Shown piece by piece: positions 46,699 through 56,714 of a DNA stretch of 64,000 nt; position 1 is the first letter of the stretch; each line of letters opens with the position of its first letter. Below the pieces are notes generated by a model. The model saw only the letters and a list, made by a program, of their open reading frames with translations. It was not told where the DNA came from and did no database searches. Source of the DNA: Minisyncoccota bacterium (lineage in GTDB: Bacteria > Patescibacteriota > Minisyncoccia > UBA6257 > GWB1-50-10); the NCBI GenBank assembly GCA_020059915.1, contig JAGVBB010000002.1, positions 62,129 to 126,128 on the forward strand. Reading direction: 5' to 3'. The translations under genes and the position numbers were made by a program.

Positions 46699-47778
46699 TT
46701 ATTTTAGATTTATAATATTTCCTTTGATTACCGATTGAGTGCTGTCTGGTTTTTCCTCTTGGATTTTAATCTCTGGTAACGGCGATTTGATATTTTCCTG
46801 TCCATTTTTGAAAATATTTGATATCCACGATGATTTTTTTTCTTGTTTTTCCTCTGGAACTACTGCTGAGTCCATTATTTTTTTATCTGTTTCTTGCGCT
46901 GTTTTTGGTGTTAGTGTTATAACTTCTGGCGTTTGGACCGTGTTTATTTGTTGGGTCATTGGTGAGCTCTTCGTCTCTGATGGTTTGATAATATCTTCTT
47001 CTCTACTCATTCGCTCAAGTGCCCCAACACTTATTACCTCTTCCTCTGCCCCAACCGCAGGTTTCAGCCCAGTTCGTATCTCATTATAATGAATTGTTGT
47101 TTTTTGTTCTGGTTTTAAAAAGGAGAAAGGATTTGGTCCAGATTCAATTTTTGCTTTTGGAATTTTTTTCTCACTCGATTCGGATGATGAAGGTATAAAT
47201 TTATTGAATGGGGTTTCTGGTCTTTTTTCTTCATGTGCATCTCTTCTAAAAAATGTTGGCTCTTCCTGAAGAATTAGTGGAGCATCTTCTGATGTTTCAA
47301 TTTTTATTGGTGAAGACTCTTCATTTTTAGTAAAGAAATCTGGTTTAATAACCTCTTCTTTTTTTTCAAGCTCTTCTGTGTCTTTGCCACCTTCTATTTT
47401 TTTCTCAATTACATCCCTAATTTGCTCCTTTTCTGCAAGGACCTCTTCTATTGGTTTATAAATATCATTTATTTCCTCTTCATAGGGCGCAAGAAGACGG
47501 TTATATATTTCATCAGTAAGAACCCTTGCGTGTTCAAAATTGAGAAATAACTGCTCCCCGACCTCTCTGGAAAGATTTCTGAGGGATATAAAACCCATAA
47601 GGGTCAATCCAACAAGTTGTTCAAGAATTACTGATTTTTCTGGACTTAGATAGTGTTCTCGTTCAATTCCTGAAAGCACACGTTTTGTTTGTTCCGACTC
47701 AAAAACTGCCCGCAGAGATGCTGGTATCGCTTCGTATCGTTCATCAAATATGTCTGATGTAAATAGTGAATAGTCCAT
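46699..47778 (-). CDS. Hypothetical protein (helical N-domain, acidic disordered C-terminus)
   Basis: 359 aa; translationally coupled to the upstream gene (TAATG overlap). Confidence 0.7.
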   Translation of the reverse strand: MDYSLFTSDIFDERYEAIPASLRAVFESEQTKRVLSGIEREHYLSPEKSVILEQLVGLTLMGFISLRNLSREVGEQLFLNFEHARVLTDEIYNRLLAPYEEEINDIYKPIEEVLAEKEQIRDVIEKKIEGGKDTEELEKKEEVIKPDFFTKNEESSPIKIETSEDAPLILQEEPTFFRRDAHEEKRPETPFNKFIPSSSESSEKKIPKAKIESGPNPFSFLKPEQKTTIHYNEIRTGLKPAVGAEEEVISVGALERMSREEDIIKPSETKSSPMTQQINTVQTPEVITLTPKTAQETDKKIMDSAVVPEEKQEKKSSWISNIFKNGQENIKSPLPEIKIQEEKPDSTQSVIKGNIINLK

Positions 47779-50216
47779 TATCTTTTTTTACCCCCCTTTT
47801 TTTGTTTATTTCTCATTTCAACAAGATCATTGCTAAATCTGTCCCGTTCTTTTTCAAGTCCCTTGCGTGCTGAGTTAAGATATTCTTTTTGATTATCGGT
47901 AGCGCCACTAATTACCTCATCAAGTTTTGGTAATATCTCCTGATTAATTGCTTCTATGCGGTTTGTGATATTTTTCTCATTATATTTCCCTTTTGTGAGA
48001 GTCGTTTTCCAATTTGAAACCTGCTCTTTAGTTCTGTTTATTGTTTCGTCAATTGCAACAATTGTTGGATCTGTTGTATTTTTTAATTCGCCAAGTTTTT
48101 CAACGCGCTTCTTTTCTAGATCACTTACATGTTCTTCTAGTGCGTCAAAAACTCTCTTTGTCTCTGGTGAATTTCCCAGAAGACCGTTGAGTTTATATTG
48201 AAGTGACGACGCACGATCTTGGTAGAATTTTGGATCAAGTCCATCAATTGCGTTTTTGTCTGCAAGATCCCTTGTTTTCTTAATTTCACTTTCAAACTCT
48301 TGGATTGTTTCTGGTGTTTCAAAATTCTTTTTAATAACGTTTTCCATTGTTTCTCGTTTCTTTTCAACAAACTTCTTTTCACTCTCAGTTTTTACTTCTT
48401 TTTGTTGTTTGAGAAGCTTTGAGTATTCATTGCTGAGGTCACCCTCATTCATGTCGCCCCACTTACCACGCAACGCAGAAATGGTTTTTTGTTGTGATTC
48501 TTCAAATTTCTTGTTAAATTCTTTAAGATTTGAAATCTTGAACCCTTTTGTTTTAAGTTCCTCAAGAGTCTTAAGGAGTTTTTCGTGATCTTTTTCACGA
48601 TCTTCTGGTGTTTTGTCTTTCTCGTCTTTTTTCTCTTTCTCTTTTATAATCCCAGCACCCTGAAATGCACCCTTGAGTAAACCATCAGCCCAACCACCCC
48701 TCTTAATTTCCTTACTTGCCTGTCCAGCGAGTGCGGATTCAATTGGTTTACCAACTTTTTGTCCCAAACTACCAACTTTGCGCGCAAATAGTCCACCTGT
48801 CATATTTTTAAGTGACATCATTGTGCGTGACTTTCCAGCAATATCTTTATTTGCATCATTTAATGATTTTTCCAACTCCTTCTTTTCTTCTGGAGAAAGT
48901 TTTTTATCATTTCTTATTTCTTTAAGGTCTTTATGGTAGGTATCAAATTTTTTCCTCTTTTGTTCCATATCTTCCCCAGTTCCCTTAAGATTCTTACCCA
49001 TTAATCCCATTTTTGTAGCAAATTTTCCACCCCATTCGGATCGTGAAAGGCGCGTACCTATGTTTGCCGCTTTGTTCTTACCATATGTCTTTGCCCCCTT
49101 CATAAGGCCATCTTTTGCTTTATTTGCAAGAGACGCTCCTTCAATTCCCATTTTTTGAGCAACAGTAATTGCACCAATCATAAGTCCAGCAACTACAATC
49201 ATTTGAGTTCCATTTTGTACAATCTGTGCTAATGGTCCTGGCAGTGTTTCAGCAATACCAGCAAGCTTTCCCCTGTTTGATGGATCTGCAAGATTTTCTG
49301 CCGCAACGAGCGAGAGATAAACAAAGAAAGATGCCGCAGGAGCAAAGAAGGTGTATTTCCAAAAATTTGACCACCACTGTGCATTATATGATTTGAGTCC
49401 AGGGAATACCCAAAACAACCAGGCAAGTGGCGCAAGCACGAGAAGAAATGTAAGGGCAACATACCGCACCAAAAACATACCAGCGAGCATCAAAAGTACA
49501 ATTGTTGCAAGAAGTGTAAAGAATACTATAAAGAATAACCCAGCAATTGAGGAAAGAACCTGAACACCAAAGGTAAAAAAACCACCTCCTTCTTGTGCGG
49601 GGTCTGGTGGAAGTGGGTCATCAGACTCTTCTAATAAGAATTTTTGTGGCCCAAATGCATTTGCAAGTACCTCGGTAAGCCCACTTCCTGGTACCAAGCT
49701 ACTACCACCACTTGGGTCAATTCTTCCTACAAAAAACCACGTGAGTGTATTGGAAAAATCTATAAGTGTTCCCGCAATAACAAAACTGAAATTTACCACT
49801 ACTGCCGCGATAATAAGGTTGAGTAACAATTTTTTTGCCCCATATGATTGGACGCGAATTATAGTCATGAACGCCATAATGACGGTCAGAAGAACAAAGC
49901 CAAGATTTGCTATATCTCTTGATACTCTCCAACCAATGTCAGCAATTGGATTTGCAGCAGGGTCCGCAACATACATATTGAGATCAACGAGGGTAAATTT
50001 AACAAGCCATGCGCCTATAGCAAAAAATATTCCCGCAATAAAGTTAAATATGTAGGCGATTAATTTAAAAACACCAGTTACAACACCGGAGAGGGAAATA
50101 CCAAAAAGTGCATGTGAGACGTTCGGTGTAAGTACTCCTGCAGCAAAAACAAAACCCAAAACAATCCCCAGGATTATATGTTTTCTATGTTGTTTTAGGA
50201 TTGTTGTTATGGGCAT
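47778..50216 (-). CDS. VirB6/TrbL-like polytopic membrane protein with long charged coiled-coil tail
   Basis: GW..SRDIAN..F, L..LII.A..VNFS..IA...ID.SN, R...L.FL.VLAPLAW, WW..F.K..FFAP. Confidence 0.75.
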   Translation of the reverse strand: MPITTILKQHRKHIILGIVLGFVFAAGVLTPNVSHALFGISLSGVVTGVFKLIAYIFNFIAGIFFAIGAWLVKFTLVDLNMYVADPAANPIADIGWRVSRDIANLGFVLLTVIMAFMTIIRVQSYGAKKLLLNLIIAAVVVNFSFVIAGTLIDFSNTLTWFFVGRIDPSGGSSLVPGSGLTEVLANAFGPQKFLLEESDDPLPPDPAQEGGGFFTFGVQVLSSIAGLFFIVFFTLLATIVLLMLAGMFLVRYVALTFLLVLAPLAWLFWVFPGLKSYNAQWWSNFWKYTFFAPAASFFVYLSLVAAENLADPSNRGKLAGIAETLPGPLAQIVQNGTQMIVVAGLMIGAITVAQKMGIEGASLANKAKDGLMKGAKTYGKNKAANIGTRLSRSEWGGKFATKMGLMGKNLKGTGEDMEQKRKKFDTYHKDLKEIRNDKKLSPEEKKELEKSLNDANKDIAGKSRTMMSLKNMTGGLFARKVGSLGQKVGKPIESALAGQASKEIKRGGWADGLLKGAFQGAGIIKEKEKKDEKDKTPEDREKDHEKLLKTLEELKTKGFKISNLKEFNKKFEESQQKTISALRGKWGDMNEGDLSNEYSKLLKQQKEVKTESEKKFVEKKRETMENVIKKNFETPETIQEFESEIKKTRDLADKNAIDGLDPKFYQDRASSLQYKLNGLLGNSPETKRVFDALEEHVSDLEKKRVEKLGELKNTTDPTIVAIDETINRTKEQVSNWKTTLTKGKYNEKNITNRIEAINQEILPKLDEVISGATDNQKEYLNSARKGLEKERDRFSNDLVEMRNKQKKGGKKR

Positions 50217-50218
50217 GA

Positions 50219-52186
50219 TTATTCTTCAAAAAAACTTGGACATGTATAGATTGTTGCGTTTATACATGAGTTATATAGTGCGTTTATTTCTATAATCTTT
50301 GTCGCAGAAAACACCTTTGCGTTATATATATTTTGTGATATTTCAGATATATTTTCTTCAATTGAATTGAGTGCCGTGCTTATTGTTGATATCCCTCCTT
50401 GTGATGTTGTGGTAGTTGGTTTATTTATCTGTCCAAATGCATCTGTTGTTGTGCTTAAAAGTAAATAAGACCCATTAATTGATGTAGTGTGGCTGTTAAT
50501 TAGATTTTGATCCCTTTTTGTTGATAGACAAAGTTCTCCATTAATTGATGATTTTACCCTCTCACAATTTGCAAGTAGTGTTATCTTATTATTTAGTTGG
50601 ATTAGTGATGTTTTTACAACTCCCAGTGAAGAACTCACATTTTGAAGTGATGTTTCTACATCATTATACTGAGTTTGCAGATTTATTAGTTGTTGGTTTT
50701 GTATTCCTGTTTGTGTTTGGTTTTGTATTCCTGTTTCTGATTGTCCTAATACATCATTTGTGTTTTTATTTTGTTCATAGCTGTCTTTTATTCCTTGATC
50801 TTGTGGAGATCCAGAGCGACCCGTTCCAGAATTACTTTTTATTCCATCACCAGCAAGTAACCCTTTTCCGACATTCACAATTCCTTGCACTCCTTTGTTA
50901 ATAAGACGATTGACGGCGGCATCAAAAACGACATCAATATAATCCTCGAGGTTTTCTGCGTTCGCAATGTAGTGTTGATCTTGATTAAATGTTGACTGAA
51001 GAGCTGTCTTTGTTGTGTCTCCGGGAGTATTTATATAGGTATGAGTACATTTCCACCCACTATAGTGTGGGGTATATAGATTTAAAAGAGAGAGGTTTGT
51101 TGAGTTCTGTTTTGCAAGTTGTGTTAATCCCGTGTCATAAGATATTCCAGCAGCATTTGTTGTTGGTTTTTGTGGGTCTGGAAATTCTTCACTAAATCCG
51201 GTAGTAACTACCTGAGAAACAACCTTCCCATTCTCATTAAGTAGGTTGAGAGTCCATTCACTACAAACTTTTTCTCCTTTAAATCCTGACGCCGTCAGTG
51301 ATTCTTGTGTCGCCTCTTGTTTCTTCTCATCAATGACTTTGTATGCCTCATCCAGTGCGAGAATCTCCAATCCAAAGCGATTATTATTAGGAGAAAGTGT
51401 TTCATTATAAGCGATCCATCCACCATTTCTGAAATCGTTTCCAAAGTCACTTATGTTTTGTACAATTTTATCTAGTGTACATTGTGTTTCTTGTGTAAAC
51501 TTTTTCTGTGTAGGAGCGCGCAAATTCAATTGTAATTTTAGAGACAATTTTTCATCACATAAGTTTCCTAGTCCGACATCTCTTGCAACGTCTCCAATCG
51601 CCGATTGATAAGAATCCTCGAACACATCACCAAAGTTTGTGATGAATCTTGGGGTTCCCTTAAAGTCATTATTTATCCATTCTATTGTCTGATCTGCGAT
51701 ACGATCAAGGAGTTGTTTTTTAAGTCTTGCAAGTGCAATATTTAGTGCAAAATCAGTGATTGCGGTGAGGCAGTCTTGTGCTTGTCCCTCTGCTAATTTT
51801 GCTTGAATCTCATCTGATTTATTCTCTTGTGTTTCTCGTATCTTGCTTTGCGCTTTTGATATTGCTTCCAATGTTTGCAGATCAAACACAGGCACAGACA
51901 TAACACTTCCCGTTATTGCATTTTGTACGAGATCTCGAAGTTCTTGTTCTGCAAGTTCTCTTGCCTCAGTTTTTGCAAGATCTATTGCTTTCTGTCTCAT
52001 TTCTTCTTTAATCCTCGCTGCTTCTGCGCCGATACCAAAACATTGGGAAGCTATATCAGCGAGACCACCGGCATTTACATGTTTTACAAAATAAACATTC
52101 ACAGAAAATATTGATGCTACAAGTAATAATGATATTATTTTTAAAACAGATTTTTTCATTGTAGAGAAGAAATTGCTACATTCCAC
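50219..52186 (-). CDS. Large secreted protein of the T4SS-like operon
   Basis: Signal peptide (start probably the second Met, MKKSV); WIN..F.G.P.F, GGW...P.NN, TPG; paired Cys; coiled-coil C-terminus. Confidence 0.72.
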   Translation of the reverse strand: MECSNFFSTMKKSVLKIISLLLVASIFSVNVYFVKHVNAGGLADIASQCFGIGAEAARIKEEMRQKAIDLAKTEARELAEQELRDLVQNAITGSVMSVPVFDLQTLEAISKAQSKIRETQENKSDEIQAKLAEGQAQDCLTAITDFALNIALARLKKQLLDRIADQTIEWINNDFKGTPRFITNFGDVFEDSYQSAIGDVARDVGLGNLCDEKLSLKLQLNLRAPTQKKFTQETQCTLDKIVQNISDFGNDFRNGGWIAYNETLSPNNNRFGLEILALDEAYKVIDEKKQEATQESLTASGFKGEKVCSEWTLNLLNENGKVVSQVVTTGFSEEFPDPQKPTTNAAGISYDTGLTQLAKQNSTNLSLLNLYTPHYSGWKCTHTYINTPGDTTKTALQSTFNQDQHYIANAENLEDYIDVVFDAAVNRLINKGVQGIVNVGKGLLAGDGIKSNSGTGRSGSPQDQGIKDSYEQNKNTNDVLGQSETGIQNQTQTGIQNQQLINLQTQYNDVETSLQNVSSSLGVVKTSLIQLNNKITLLANCERVKSSINGELCLSTKRDQNLINSHTTSINGSYLLLSTTTDAFGQINKPTTTTSQGGISTISTALNSIEENISEISQNIYNAKVFSATKIIEINALYNSCINATIYTCPSFFEE

Positions 52187-52902
52187 ACAATATCATCATT
52201 TTTAATGAGTGTAGAAAGGTTTTCAACAACGGCTATTACTTTTACTGGGTCGTCTGGGTTTTCAATAATAATTTTTGCGAGTGTTCTTCTTTTTTCAGCG
52301 TTGTTTAATATTGCTAGATGGAAGTCCTCCCAACCGGAAAATGCTGGAGTTTCCAATAAGAAATCAATATACTCAGATTCTGCATTTATATGTTTCTGCA
52401 AATCATCTGATTTTTTTTCCAAAACAAAAATACCAACCGCAGAAACAATATTTGTTTCTCTCTTTCTTTCTATTTCAACATCTTTTTTCTCTATTTTTTC
52501 TATGTATGATATAAGATCTGTTAGTGTTGATTTTTTCTCTATAGTAATGTCTTTTTTTGTATAAATTTGGGAAAGTATTGGTTGGGTTGTATATTTTTGG
52601 ATAATATTCTGTATATCAACCTCATTTGGGAGAAGTATTTCATCGCCACCTTTTTTGTTTTTATTATATTCAAAAATAGCAAGTTCATAATCTTTTATTG
52701 TCTGTTCGGTTGCGTTAAAGTTTGGCTCGTTTAGAGAATATATAGATTTTCTATCGTTTTTTAAAAATTGTGAGTCATTTTTTTCAGAACCAGTTATTTG
52801 TGCTGATGACAGGTTTTTATCGGTTGTGTAGAACAAAAGATATGCGGAATAAGCAATTCCGATCATGACAATACCAACTGAGAGGATCTTTTTATTCCTC
52901 AT
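52156..52902 (-). CDS. Membrane-anchored hypothetical protein
   Basis: N-terminal TM helix; helical C-terminus ending DDPVK; coupled to rsmA. Confidence 0.7.
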   Translation of the reverse strand: MRNKKILSVGIVMIGIAYSAYLLFYTTDKNLSSAQITGSEKNDSQFLKNDRKSIYSLNEPNFNATEQTIKDYELAIFEYNKNKKGGDEILLPNEVDIQNIIQKYTTQPILSQIYTKKDITIEKKSTLTDLISYIEKIEKKDVEIERKRETNIVSAVGIFVLEKKSDDLQKHINAESEYIDFLLETPAFSGWEDFHLAILNNAEKRRTLAKIIIENPDDPVKVIAVVENLSTLIKNDDIVWNVAISSLQ

Positions 52903-53708
52903 TACTTTTCATTATACAACATTTTTGCAAGCTCCATTATAGTTTCAGAGCTCAGGACCTGTGCCCTCGTGTTTTCTGGAATATTTAACCTAGTTAATAT
53001 ATTTTGAATGTCATTTTTTTTGAACGTTTTCTCAATGTCTGCTTCCCTGAGGTTGTTCAATATTGTTTTTCTTGGGTGTTTGAATAGTGCTTTCGTAACA
53101 ACTATATATCTTTCGATTTCCTCTTTTTTATATTGGTTGTGTGTAATTAGTTGAATAACCGCAGAATCAACCTTTGGTGGTGGCGAAAATTGATTTCGTG
53201 GTACTTGTTTGATAATCATCGCGTCTGCAAAGGAAGAAATAATCGCCGAAAGAAGATTTTGGTGTGGCGGTTTTTGAGTTGCTCGTAATGCTACCTCTTT
53301 TTGTATAAGGAGTGTTGTGGTGTGAGGTTTGATGGAGAGATTGCTAATAATACGAAACAAAAATGAGGTTATATAGTATGGTATATTCCCCACTATCACA
53401 TAATTCTTTAATTTTTGGGCATCAGGGAGTATTGGTAAAATTTCCCTTACATCTCCGCGGAACAACCTGTTTTTTGTTGAACTACTAGTAAGAAGGGTAT
53501 CAATTTTTTCAAAGAATCCCTGATCTTTTTCTATACAAAAAAGTGATCCATTTAGTTTATTAATTTCTGGAAGCAAAAAATTGGTTAACTCTCCATGTCC
53601 TGGGCCTATTTCAATGAGTGTTTCTCCCTCTTTTAACTTAGTGTTTTTTGCTATAAATGAGAGTGTTTCTTTTTCCTTTAAAAAGTGCTGTCCAAGTTTC
53701 TGTCGCAT
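52902..53708 (-). CDS. rsmA: 16S rRNA adenine dimethyltransferase (start revised to ATG 53708)
   Basis: KLGQHFL, EIGPGHG.LT, IEKD, VGNIPYYITS, IQKEVA.R, F.PPPKVDSAV. Confidence 0.95.
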   Translation of the reverse strand: MRQKLGQHFLKEKETLSFIAKNTKLKEGETLIEIGPGHGELTNFLLPEINKLNGSLFCIEKDQGFFEKIDTLLTSSSTKNRLFRGDVREILPILPDAQKLKNYVIVGNIPYYITSFLFRIISNLSIKPHTTTLLIQKEVALRATQKPPHQNLLSAIISSFADAMIIKQVPRNQFSPPPKVDSAVIQLITHNQYKKEEIERYIVVTKALFKHPRKTILNNLREADIEKTFKKNDIQNILTRLNIPENTRAQVLSSETIMELAKMLYNEK

Positions 53709-53710
53709 AT

Positions 53711-54082
53711 TTATGGAGTTGATGGGATGGATGACCCATAAAGCATTATTGGAAACGCATAAACGGGTGTTGGTACGCCAGGTGGTGGAATGGGTATCCA
53801 ACAAATGGGCGCAAGTGCCGGCGTGTACAACCCGAGCACGTAGCCACCAGGTGTTATTGCATAATTCATAAAGCGTCCGGTAGCTGGTTGTGTTCCATAA
53901 ATTGCTGCGGGGGCGATTCCAGAAGGAATGATGGTAATTGGGCCCAATCCACCAGAACAGACAATTGGTGGGGCCATTGATGTGACCACTTTTCCACCGA
54001 ATCCACGGAGAATATTTTGTGCAAATATTTTGTTTGGCGAAAATAGCAAGAGTAAGAATATAACAAAGAAGATTTTTTTCAT
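53711..54082 (-). CDS. Small secreted Pro/Gly-rich protein with two Cys
   Basis: Signal peptide MKKIFF...IFA; FGGKV...C...LGLY...C...YGSS. Confidence 0.75.
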   Translation of the reverse strand: MKKIFFVIFLLLLFSPNKIFAQNILRGFGGKVVTSMAPPIVCSGGLGPITIIPSGIAPAAIYGTQPATGRFMNYAITPGGYVLGLYTPALAPICWIPIPPPGVPTPVYAFPIMLYGSSIPSTP

Positions 54083-54172
54083 CGTATATATGAAGTATAC
54101 AAAAGAATTGAATAATTACCAAAAAATTGGTATAGTACCTGCATTATAGATATTAAGGGGAATTTCCGCGCT

Positions 54173-55183
54173 TTGCGCGGTTTTATAGGAGAAATGGATA
54201 CAAAACGGTTTGCCAACCTATTTTGTTTGTTTTTGTTACTTCTCCTTTCGTACGGAGTTGTTTTTGCCCAAAAAAACATTTTGTTTAAAGAAGACTTCAG
54301 TGCTCAGAAATTCTCAAAAGGGGGTCCGATAAGTGAAATTATTGACCCAACATATTCTGGTATTGTGGTGTGGAATTTTAACACACAACAAAAAGAAGAC
54401 GATATTGAAAAGAGTTTTTTGACTGATGCCCCATCTCCAAACACAAATATTGGCACTGCTCGTGATGGGGTTAGACAATACAAAGTTCAAAAAGGTGAAA
54501 CATTGAAGGGAATTGCTTCAAAGTTCTCCCTTTCTATAGAAACAATTAAGAGCGCAAATCCACAGATTAAAAATGAGGTAAAAAGAGGAGATAATATAAC
54601 TATACTCCCTCTCAATGGAATTCTTTATGATATTCAAGATGGTGACACCATACATGCTATAGCAAATCGATATGAAATATCTGAAAATCTCATCAAGCAA
54701 TTTAATCCTTCATTTATAACAATGTTTGCAGAATCAAGTGGAAAAATATTTTTACCATATGCAAAACAAAAAGGAGATGAAATAAGAGCAAAGGACCTAA
54801 AAGATGTTTCGCAGCTACTTTCTCTGCCTGCTATTGGATGGAATTGGGGAGAATTACACAAGGAGAATGCTGTTGATATAGCAAATAAATGTGGAACCAA
54901 TGTTGTCGCCGCCGCCGATGGGGTGGTAATCAAGGATGTTGAATTAGGAGATGGATCATCTGGTTGGAATAACGGTTATGGCATATTCATACTTTTGGAG
55001 CATGCAAATGGCATAAAAACAAGATATGCGCATCTTGAAGATATTGTTGTAGATATTGGTGATGTTGTCTCGAGGGGACAAAAAATTGGGACAATGGGAT
55101 CAACGGGAAATACCGAGACAGTGAACGGATGTCACGTACACTTTGAGGTGTTGGGAGGGAAAAATCCGTTTACCACAAAGTAG
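54173..55183 (+). CDS. LysM x2 plus M23-family peptidase
   Basis: YKVQKGETL..IA.KF, YDIQDGDTI..IA; NAVDIA, GYG, TRYAHL, G.MG.TG, CHVHFEV. Confidence 0.9.
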   Translation: MRGFIGEMDTKRFANLFCLFLLLLLSYGVVFAQKNILFKEDFSAQKFSKGGPISEIIDPTYSGIVVWNFNTQQKEDDIEKSFLTDAPSPNTNIGTARDGVRQYKVQKGETLKGIASKFSLSIETIKSANPQIKNEVKRGDNITILPLNGILYDIQDGDTIHAIANRYEISENLIKQFNPSFITMFAESSGKIFLPYAKQKGDEIRAKDLKDVSQLLSLPAIGWNWGELHKENAVDIANKCGTNVVAAADGVVIKDVELGDGSSGWNNGYGIFILLEHANGIKTRYAHLEDIVVDIGDVVSRGQKIGTMGSTGNTETVNGCHVHFEVLGGKNPFTTK

Positions 55184-55187
55184 TTTT

Positions 55188-56714
55188 TTAATTGTTTTGT
55201 ATTCGATATTGGAATGCCTCTGCGAGGTGTTCTTTTTTTGTTTCTTTTGAATTTTCTATATCTGCAATAGTCCTTGCAACCTTAAGCATTCGATAGTATC
55301 CGCGTGTTGATAAGATATTTCTTTCGAGCACCTTCTTTAAAAAATTTTCTGCTTCAGGTGAAAGAAATGAAATTGTTTCAACATCTTTAGATCTCATTTC
55401 TGAATTTGTGTGTATCGGGATTTTCATTTCCTCAAATCTTTTTTGTTGAGTTTTTCTTGCAGTTGCTACAGTTTCTCTAAATTCTATATCACTACTTTCC
55501 TCTCGTTGTTTCCTCAACTCCTCTATAGGAACTCGTGGAACAATAATATGAATATCGAATCTGTCTAGAAGTGGACCAGATATTTTTTTCTTATATCTCA
55601 AGACATCATGTGCGGTGCACATACACTCTTTTTCGTCGGACTCAAAATATCCACATGGACAGGGATTCATTGCTCCAACAAGAATAAATCGAGCCGGAAA
55701 AGAAAGTGTTTTTTTTGCTCGCGCAACACAAACCCTCCCTTCTTCAAGTGGCTGTCTCAATCCTTCAAGAACATCCCTGCGAAACTCTGGGAGTTCATCA
55801 AGAAATAAGACACCTCTATGTGCCAGGCTTATTTCCCCTGCTTTTGGATTTGTTCCACCGCCAAGGATTGCAGAGAGGGATGCGGAGTGGTGTGGCGCAC
55901 GGAATGGACGATTTTGTACATATGAGGACCTCCCGGTAAGCCCAGCAGAACTCCAAATACTTGTTACTTCGATTTGTTCTTTCAGTGTTGGTAGTGGGAG
56001 AATACTACGAAGTGCGTTTGCAAGCATTGTTTTCCCCGTTCCTGGCGTTCCTGTCATTAATATATTATGTCCTCCTGCGGCTGCAATCATGAGTGCTCGT
56101 TTTGCGCTCTCTTGTCCACGAACCTCACTCATGGTAGTTTCTCCCGGATATTGAGGTGTTATATGGATGTGTTTTAGAGGTGCTATTTCCCCTCTTTGTT
56201 CTATGTGTTCAATAAGACCTTTTAATGACTCCACTGGATACACAGATATTCCATCAACGATTGCGGCCTCTTGAGCGCACTCTGGTGGGAGAAAAAGCGA
56301 TGTAATACCAAGGCGCTTACAAAGAAGTGCAACATTAAGTGCCCCAGAAATTGGACGAAGTGTTCCATCGAGAGAAAGTTCTCCAATGAATAGTGATTTT
56401 TTTGTATTAAATGTTTTAACTTGTCCACTTGCAAGTAAGTATGCAAGAGCGATTGCTAGATCAAAGCGGGAGCCAACCTTTTTTATGTCTGCTGGTGCAA
56501 GATTAATGGTAATTTTTCTATTTTCTTTGGATGGTGGTTTTATTCCAGAATTTTTTAATGCAGAGTTTACTCGTTCTTTTGCCTCTGATACCGCTTTATC
56601 AGCAAGTCCGACGATATTAAAAGAATGGAGACCGACATGTAAGTCGGCCTCCACCTCAACGAGCTCGGCGTCTATTCCTTCTAGTTCTGCAGAAAGAATT
56701 TTTGAAACGCTCAT
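55188..56714 (-). CDS. comM: ComM/YifB Mg-chelatase-like AAA+ ATPase
   Basis: IVGL.D.AV.EAKERV, ITINLAPAD, GELSLDG, GTPGTGKTMLA, RPFRAPHH, GVLFLDELPEF, NPCPCG, SGPLLDR. Confidence 0.95.
   Translation of the reverse strand: MSVSKILSAELEGIDAELVEVEADLHVGLHSFNIVGLADKAVSEAKERVNSALKNSGIKPPSKENRKITINLAPADIKKVGSRFDLAIALAYLLASGQVKTFNTKKSLFIGELSLDGTLRPISGALNVALLCKRLGITSLFLPPECAQEAAIVDGISVYPVESLKGLIEHIEQRGEIAPLKHIHITPQYPGETTMSEVRGQESAKRALMIAAAGGHNILMTGTPGTGKTMLANALRSILPLPTLKEQIEVTSIWSSAGLTGRSSYVQNRPFRAPHHSASLSAILGGGTNPKAGEISLAHRGVLFLDELPEFRRDVLEGLRQPLEEGRVCVARAKKTLSFPARFILVGAMNPCPCGYFESDEKECMCTAHDVLRYKKKISGPLLDRFDIHIIVPRVPIEELRKQREESSDIEFRETVATARKTQQKRFEEMKIPIHTNSEMRSKDVETISFLSPEAENFLKKVLERNILSTRGYYRMLKVARTIADIENSKETKKEHLAEAFQYRIQNN

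Noticed and set aside
50696-50743. 24-bp tandem duplication (TGIQNQ twice)
   Set aside because: Only two copies, in frame, within a low-complexity Q/T/N linker.
53709-54122. 138-aa N-terminal extension of RsmA
   Set aside because: It overlaps a better ORF with a signal peptide (53711-54082), and RsmA homology begins at MRQKLGQHFL.
55615-56154. Long antisense ORFs (also 22482-23006, 57376-57840, 61167-61589 and others)
   Set aside because: They are shadows of well-supported genes on the opposite strand and have no recognisable motifs.
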